Assembly: GCA_046485185.1 (NCBI GenBank)
Contig: JAWOHL010000005.1
Span: 27,605 to 91,604, forward strand
Reading direction: 5' to 3'
Length of the DNA stretch: 64,000 nt
DNA from: Candidatus Fermentibacteraceae bacterium
Lineage (GTDB): Bacteria; Fermentibacterota; Fermentibacteria; Fermentibacterales; JCC-6
A program made the translations under genes and the position numbers. Positions 58,463 through 64,000 of the stretch are shown piece after piece; within the stretch, counting starts at the first letter, position 1; each line of letters begins with the position of its first letter. The notes beneath the pieces were generated by a model. It was not told the origin of the DNA, did no database searches, and was given only the letters and a program-made list of their open reading frames with translations.

Positions 58463-59336
58463 GGAACAGGTCGACAGGTTCCTGCAGTTGATGGTTCTGG
58501 AACGGGGTCTGTCACCCAATACCGTTTCAGCGTACATGACCGATCTCCGTCAGGCTTTCGGAGAGATCCCGGGAATGCCCGGCCCCGATCCCGGAGACCT
58601 TTCTGAATGGATCGTGGGGCTCTCGGTGAAGGGACTGACCCCAAGGACCGTCAGAAGAAAAGTATCCTCGCTCAGGGCCTTTTTCAGGTTCATGACGGAA
58701 GAAGAGGGGATGGCCGAGGACCCCTGCCGATACATGCGCGGCCCCCGACTGAACGCAGACCTTCCTGACCATCTGGCAGTGTCCGAGGTTGAGACTCTGC
58801 TCGAAGCGGTCCCGACCGTCACACCCCTGGGTGTCAGGAATCGGGCGCTTTTGGAACTGGCCTACGGCTCGGGGCTCAGGGAAAGTGAACTCGTGACCCT
58901 GACACTTGACCGCCTCAACCTGGAGGAAGGTTTTGTCCGCCCCGTGGGCAAGGGCTCCCGGGAAAGGCTGGTTCCCATGGGCGAACCCTCGGTGGAATGG
59001 ATGAAACGTTACCTCACCGAGGCCAGACCTTCCCTTGCCCGAAGGGGCTCGGGGCGGGTCGTCCTTCTCTCCCGCAGCGGGAGGCCCCTTTCACGCATGA
59101 CCGTTTGGAGCGTGGTGAAAACCTCGGCGCTGGCCGCGGGGCTTTTGCACAGGGTTCATCCCCACACGCTCAGGCACTCGTTCGCCACGCACCTCCTGGC
59201 GGGCGGAGCTGACCTCAGGGTGGTCCAGGAGCTGCTTGGTCACGCCGACATAAGGACAACTGAGATCTACACCTCGATTGACCGGACGCGGCTCTCCTCG
59301 GTGGTGGAGAAGTGCCATCCAAGGGGGCGCGGTTGA
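58428..59336 (+). CDS. tyrosine site-specific recombinase XerC/XerD family
   Basis: N-terminal SAM-like core-binding domain. C-terminal RHSFATHLL...GHADIRTTEIYT catalytic R-H-R-Y motifs. Confidence 0.8.
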   Translation: MSGSETGFEAAEEQVDRFLQLMVLERGLSPNTVSAYMTDLRQAFGEIPGMPGPDPGDLSEWIVGLSVKGLTPRTVRRKVSSLRAFFRFMTEEEGMAEDPCRYMRGPRLNADLPDHLAVSEVETLLEAVPTVTPLGVRNRALLELAYGSGLRESELVTLTLDRLNLEEGFVRPVGKGSRERLVPMGEPSVEWMKRYLTEARPSLARRGSGRVVLLSRSGRPLSRMTVWSVVKTSALAAGLLHRVHPHTLRHSFATHLLAGGADLRVVQELLGHADIRTTEIYTSIDRTRLSSVVEKCHPRGRG

Positions 59337-60073
59337 AAACCTTTCCCCTCGAATCGGTGACCCTGCTCCAGAGCGCCGGGCTGCTTCGGCAAGCCGGGGA
59401 GTGGTGCGGGGAAAACGCCCGGGTGGAGATCCCCCAGCTCCCAAGGCTTCTGCAGGTCGTTGAGGACATAAGCCGCACGCCCGCGGGAAGCAGGGTCAGG
59501 GAGACCTACCGCAGGATTCACCTGTGGGGCGCTGACGAGCTGTCGTCACGCATGCTCCCCCCGGCGGGGGCGGCCGCCCTCTACCACGCGTGCCGCCGGG
59601 AGGCTGCGGCCCTGCTCGAGCTTGGCTATCCCAGGAATGCCGGTATCGATTTCATAACCGATCTTCCGGCACCAGGTCGCAATCCGGTCAGGCCGTCCGC
59701 CCAGTCCAGGGCAGCCATGCACCACCTGGGAGGGGACATGGCTCTATTCATGGAGATGGTGGCAAGACCCGTAAAGGGGCACCCTGCACTGAAGCTCGTT
59801 TTTTCGGTATGGCCCAGGGAGGGCAGGATTCCCGCTCCCTGGATGGGTGGGGAAGAGCCATTCTCGCTTCTTCTGGCCTCGACCGAGGGCGGGGTCCCCG
59901 CTGTCGTGAGCCTTTCGTCGCAGCTCCGGGGCTACTGCCTGCTCTGCTGCTACGACCTGGCGGGGAGGCTCGAGTCGGGGCTGGGGGTTCAGAGAAGCCA
60001 CCGTTCTTTCGCTCTTTTCTCATCGGGCTTCGGTGAGTACGACGCTCATGCCGATGCCCCGCCCCGGACTTGA
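59312..60073 (+). CDS. hypothetical protein
   Basis: 253-aa ORF with high GC3. A likely TTG start at 59333 overlaps the xer stop. No recognisable motifs. Confidence 0.45.
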   Translation: MPSKGARLKTFPLESVTLLQSAGLLRQAGEWCGENARVEIPQLPRLLQVVEDISRTPAGSRVRETYRRIHLWGADELSSRMLPPAGAAALYHACRREAAALLELGYPRNAGIDFITDLPAPGRNPVRPSAQSRAAMHHLGGDMALFMEMVARPVKGHPALKLVFSVWPREGRIPAPWMGGEEPFSLLLASTEGGVPAVVSLSSQLRGYCLLCCYDLAGRLESGLGVQRSHRSFALFSSGFGEYDAHADAPPRT

Positions 60074-60103
60074 TCATATTAGCCCTTTGCGGGAGGTGTT
60101 CAA

Positions 60104-62422
60104 TTGATGGCTCTACTGCTTCTTTGCGCTCTTGGCGCCGTTCTTCCCAACGCAGGGGATGTGCCTGTTCTCGAGGCCGGTTCCACCGTGAGCGTGACCC
60201 CTGTCGACGGCCACGCATGGTTTCGCATCCTCGAGAGGGACTACGCCGTGCTCGAACTGGAGGTTCTTCCCGGCTGCAGGCTCACAGCCTTTGACGATGC
60301 CGGAACGGTTCTGACCACTTCGCTGGACGGAAGGCTCGTGCTTTCGGCGTACTCCGAGTACTGGTTCTGGATCCTGGCCGAATGCGACTCGCCTGTGCGG
60401 GCCACGCTGGATAGGCGCAGTCCGCAGAGGATCCGCCTGCCCCACTCGGGCCGCCTGGGTTCAGGTGTCATGGCCGACGTTTACACCATTGTCCCCGATG
60501 CGAGTGGCCGTTACCAGATAAGGCTTGCGGGCGGCAGCACCGCCGACCTCGACATGGAGATTTACGGTCCCGGCAACCGCCTCTGGGCGGGGAGCTACAG
60601 CAACGACAGCAACGAGAAGGTGATGCTTGACATTCTGGCAGGCGAGCCCGTCACTGTCCTGGTGAGCCGTTACAACAAGGGCGGCAGCGGCGAGTTCACC
60701 CTTGAGATGGAGCGTATAGAAGCGTTCAGGGTGCTGGACGGGTCGGTGGGGATGCCCTCGCGTCCCGACCGCGTTGAGAGGTTCATCGTCCCGGAGAGGG
60801 GCGTCGCCTCGCTTCTTCAGTTGACCTTCCAGGGCGACGACGATCTGGATCTGCTTGTCCGGGGGGCCGATCACGAGATCCTGTGGTCCTCCACCACCTA
60901 TGCGGGAAGCGAGATGGTGATGCTGCCCGCAGACGGCGGCCCTCTGGTGGCCGAGGTCGTGAACTACCCTGGCACCGATGAAGCCGATCCGTGGTTCGTT
61001 CTTTCCCTGACGCCGCCCGACACTGTGGTAAGGGCACGATCCGGTTCGGTCTCAGTCGAATACACGGGCGGGGTCGCACCACTTGTGGGGTTCAGCCCCG
61101 GCTCAGAGGGTTTCTATACCGTATCCGCCCTCTTCGAGAAGACCCGTGACGGCGACATAAGGCTTTTCAGACGCCCCGGAGAGGCTTCGATACTCATGGC
61201 CACACTCAGGGGGGATGAGGAGTTCATGGTCTGGATCGGCTCCCGGGACACCGTCTGGGTGTCCCCGGGGTTCGCCAGCGTGGACCGAGAAGGCGAGTGC
61301 ATACTGGGGTTCAACCTGGGGGGCGGGACACGGGTCAACGCAGAAGCCCGGGGAACGGTGAGCGAATCGGCCGGGGCGGTTCATTACTTCACCGCGAGGG
61401 GCGGGGAGGACAGCATTCTTCTCATCAAGCTTTCCGGCGAACCCCGCGACCTTGATCTGGACATGCTTGTGAGCGGGCCCGGTTTCGACCTGCAGGCTGA
61501 AGGCGCGGAGAGCAATACGGATTCGGCCTCGGACGAGGCCGTGGCGGTTAGCTGCGAAAGCGGCGCTGATTACGGGATCACCGTTTACGCTTACGAAAGG
61601 CGTGCTCAGGGTTCGTTCCGGGTCACGGCAACCGGCATTCCCATCAGAAGCCTTGCCGCCGGGACCCCATCGGCTGAGACCTGGGCCGTCATCGTGGGAA
61701 TAAGCGGCTACAGCGACCTTGTGGACATACTCTCCAGGTGCAGCATGGACGCCATGGACATGAGGGAGTTTCTGCTGGGTCAGGGGGTCACACCCGATCA
61801 CATGATGATCCTCGTGGATCAGAACGCCACGCTGGACGCATTCAACGATGCTCTTGACCAGGTCCTCGACAGGGCGGGTCCGGAGGACAGGCAGGTCATC
61901 TTCTTCAGCGGGCACGGCAACAGGGAAGCTCCGGGCTCGGGAGGCCCGGAAGAGCCCGACGCCATGAACGAAGTGATATGCTTCCACGACGGCGACATGA
62001 CCGACGATGACCTGGCTCGCAGAACAAGGGAGTTCCCGGGGCAGACCCTGCTTTTCATCGACGCCTGCCACAGCGGAGGGTTCGTGAACGACTTCCGGCC
62101 CGGCGACAACGCCCTTGTGGTAACCGCCGCCAGGGAGGACCTGAGCGTAAGCGAGAGGGTACTAACACCCATTCTTCTTCAGGGAAGCCGGGGCGAGGCG
62201 GACGTCAACGGAGACGGAGTGATAACCGCTGGGGAACTGGCGGGTTATGTGGACGAGGTCCTTCAAAGGGTGTGCCCCTTCTGCGACACCATCCTCGATG
62301 CCGGTTCATCCAGGCTCTGCCCGGGATGCGGCGAGGTGCTGAAGGGCGAGAACCGTATTCCCAGACCCGAGCAGGGCGTATTCATGCCCGCATCCACAGT
62401 GGTCTGGAAGGTAAGCGACTGA
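60104..62422 (+). CDS. secreted caspase-family (peptidase C14, clan CD) domain protein with N-terminal beta-rich repeat domains and C-terminal zinc-ribbon
   Basis: Signal peptide MMALLLLCALGAV. C14 His/Cys dyad context WAVIVGISGYSDL...VIFFSGHGN...LLFIDACHSGGFV. C-terminal CPFCDTIL...CPGCG. Confidence 0.7.
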   Translation: MMALLLLCALGAVLPNAGDVPVLEAGSTVSVTPVDGHAWFRILERDYAVLELEVLPGCRLTAFDDAGTVLTTSLDGRLVLSAYSEYWFWILAECDSPVRATLDRRSPQRIRLPHSGRLGSGVMADVYTIVPDASGRYQIRLAGGSTADLDMEIYGPGNRLWAGSYSNDSNEKVMLDILAGEPVTVLVSRYNKGGSGEFTLEMERIEAFRVLDGSVGMPSRPDRVERFIVPERGVASLLQLTFQGDDDLDLLVRGADHEILWSSTTYAGSEMVMLPADGGPLVAEVVNYPGTDEADPWFVLSLTPPDTVVRARSGSVSVEYTGGVAPLVGFSPGSEGFYTVSALFEKTRDGDIRLFRRPGEASILMATLRGDEEFMVWIGSRDTVWVSPGFASVDREGECILGFNLGGGTRVNAEARGTVSESAGAVHYFTARGGEDSILLIKLSGEPRDLDLDMLVSGPGFDLQAEGAESNTDSASDEAVAVSCESGADYGITVYAYERRAQGSFRVTATGIPIRSLAAGTPSAETWAVIVGISGYSDLVDILSRCSMDAMDMREFLLGQGVTPDHMMILVDQNATLDAFNDALDQVLDRAGPEDRQVIFFSGHGNREAPGSGGPEEPDAMNEVICFHDGDMTDDDLARRTREFPGQTLLFIDACHSGGFVNDFRPGDNALVVTAAREDLSVSERVLTPILLQGSRGEADVNGDGVITAGELAGYVDEVLQRVCPFCDTILDAGSSRLCPGCGEVLKGENRIPRPEQGVFMPASTVVWKVSD

Positions 62423-62435
62423 AAGGCGGAGGGTT

Positions 62436-63986
62436 TTGACCGACACCGATCTGCATCCGCTGGAGCTGGCTCTTCTGCGCTGGCTCTCCGGACGGGAGCA
62501 AAGCAGCGACACCGAAAGCATCCAGGGCGCCGGGCTGGATGAGGGTTCATACCGAAGGGCGGCCCAGTGGCTTCTGGCCAGGGGTTTTGCCGGGGTCACA
62601 TCTTCGGAGACCACTATCACGGTCGGGCTGGGCTCACAGGGGCACGAGAACCTGGAGAAGGGGACGACACCCGAACTGGCCCTGGCGCGGTTCGTCCGGG
62701 AGGGCGGAACCTCGCTGCATCATGTCCAGCAGGACCAGCTCTTCGGGAAAGGTCAGTGGGGAAGTGCCCTGGGCGCTCTGATGAAAGAGAGTGTTCTCGG
62801 CGGCAGCCCCGACTCTTTGCGGCTGCTCAGTGAGGACGGCGGCGTGTTCCGCAGGGTCTGGGACGAGACCTACGAGAAGATCCGTCATGAAGAATACCCC
62901 CTCATCGGAAGCCTTTCGCCGGATGTTGCCGCGATCGTGGGCGCCCGCGCTCCAAAACGGGGAAAGACCGGCGCCGAGTTCGTTATCGAAGAGAGGACCG
63001 AGACCACACTGGCCATTACCACTGAGGGAAGAATAGCCCTCGCCCTTGCCGGGGAAAGAAAGACCATCGGAGCCCTCACGCGGGAGATCCTGGCATCAAA
63101 CGAGTGGAAGAACGGCACGTTCAGGCGGTACCAGGTCGACATCCCGCCGGCCCGGATCCATGCGGGCAGGCTGCACCCCTACGGGTGCTTCCTCGACAGG
63201 GTCAGGGCCAAGTTCACCGCCATGGGGTTCGAGGAGATGACCGGCCCCCTTGCGGAAAGCGAGTTCTGGAACAACGACGCGCTTTTCATGCCGCAGTTCC
63301 ACGCGGCCCGGGATATTCACGACGCGTACTACCTCGAAGAGGGGGCATCGGTGGAGCCACCGGAGCCCGGCGTGTTTGAAAGGGTTGCCAGAGTTCACAG
63401 GGATGGCGGCGACACGGGAGGCAGGGGCTGGGAGTACGACTTCAGCCCCGAGAAAACCCTTTCCACGGTACTCAGGTCACAGGGAACCGCACTTTCGGCA
63501 CGCACCCTCGCATCTGGTCCCAACATCCCGGGCAAGTACTTCGGGATAGCCAAGTGTTTCAGGTACGACCAGGTCGACGCCACTCACCTGCCCGACTTCT
63601 ATCAGGTCGAGGGCATCGTTCTGGGAAAGGATATAAACTTCAGGCACCTGCTGGGACTTCTGAAGCTCTTTGCCGAGGAGATAGCCGGGGCGGAGAGCTA
63701 CCGCTACGTGCCGGCGTATTTCCCCTTTACCGAGCCCTCAGTTGAACTCCACGTAAAGCACTCCGTTCTGGGGTGGTTCGAGATGGGCGGGGCGGGTCTT
63801 TTCCGCGAGGAGGTCACAGGACCCCTCGGAATAGACGTACCGGTCATCGCATGGGGGCTGGGGCTGGACAGGATGGCCCTTCTCGCCATGGGCCTTTCGG
63901 ACATCCGTGATCTGGTGACGCCCGACCTGGCCAGGCTGAGGGGAATGACAGTGAAACCCGACGGACTTCTGGGAAGGAAGGTGTGA
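62436..63986 (+). CDS. pheS: phenylalanine--tRNA ligase alpha subunit, long archaeal/eukaryotic-type
   Basis: 516 aa with an N-terminal winged-helix-like extension. Class II aaRS motifs FRYDQVDATHLPDFYQVEG (motif 2) and GLGLDRMALLAMG (motif 3). SD GGAGGG before a TTG start. A likely pheT start (ATGCCCAAG) overlaps the end at 63988. Confidence 0.8.
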   Translation: MTDTDLHPLELALLRWLSGREQSSDTESIQGAGLDEGSYRRAAQWLLARGFAGVTSSETTITVGLGSQGHENLEKGTTPELALARFVREGGTSLHHVQQDQLFGKGQWGSALGALMKESVLGGSPDSLRLLSEDGGVFRRVWDETYEKIRHEEYPLIGSLSPDVAAIVGARAPKRGKTGAEFVIEERTETTLAITTEGRIALALAGERKTIGALTREILASNEWKNGTFRRYQVDIPPARIHAGRLHPYGCFLDRVRAKFTAMGFEEMTGPLAESEFWNNDALFMPQFHAARDIHDAYYLEEGASVEPPEPGVFERVARVHRDGGDTGGRGWEYDFSPEKTLSTVLRSQGTALSARTLASGPNIPGKYFGIAKCFRYDQVDATHLPDFYQVEGIVLGKDINFRHLLGLLKLFAEEIAGAESYRYVPAYFPFTEPSVELHVKHSVLGWFEMGGAGLFREEVTGPLGIDVPVIAWGLGLDRMALLAMGLSDIRDLVTPDLARLRGMTVKPDGLLGRKV

Positions 63987-64000
63987 GATGCCCAAGATAG

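Noticed and set aside
58428-59336. Tyrosine recombinase considered as the integrase of a mobile element
   Set aside because: Its domain organisation and motifs fit housekeeping XerC/XerD. No flanking att-like repeats, tRNA or phage genes were seen. It is kept as a Xer-family CDS and only flagged in findings.
1-64000. CRISPR arrays, rRNA, tRNA
   Set aside because: No regularly spaced short repeats, no rRNA-like conserved stretches and no obvious cloverleaf-sized conserved non-coding gaps were seen by eye. Intergenic space is minimal. A tRNA scan would be needed to exclude small RNAs formally.

Overview
This 64-kb window is high-GC (about 60-65%) bacterial chromosome, densely coding and mostly on the + strand. 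The T9SS C-terminal sorting domain and the GspE/PilB ATPase suggest an FCB-superphylum-like or candidate-phylum organism. No rRNA, tRNA or CRISPR was recognised by eye. Most of it is housekeeping: TrkAH, fba-like aldolase, pyrC-pyrK-pyrD-rlpA-pyrF, deoA-like, PBP1A, secA, recG, an Hsp20-lon operon, xerC/D, and an archaeal-type pheS. Two radical-SAM loci stand out. Locus A (766-8921, + strand) is a seven-gene, translationally coupled operon: a cytoplasmic molybdopterin oxidoreductase, a TIM-barrel isomerase-like protein, three tandem SPASM radical SAM enzymes, a SAM methyltransferase and a B12-binding radical SAM. It has no recognisable precursor peptide and no PqqD-like RRE. It is followed by an NTP-transferase / methyltransferase / CDP-alcohol phosphatidyltransferase / FG-GAP cassette bracketed by a ~40-bp direct repeat. 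One repeat copy overlaps the 3' end of radC. Locus B (37075-40571, - strand) is a compact RiPP-like operon: a PqqD-like RRE, two SPASM radical SAMs, an HprK-like P-loop kinase, an ER/archaeal-type (Ser/His) signal-peptidase-like protein and, as the last gene, a Gly/Pro/Cys-rich 82-aa ORF that is the best candidate precursor. Other oddities are a GT51 transglycosylase fused to a ~400-aa unknown domain, an orphan GspE/PilB ATPase, and a caspase-domain (C14) protein beside xerC/D. All calls come from motif reading of the supplied translations plus manual translation. No database searches were run.
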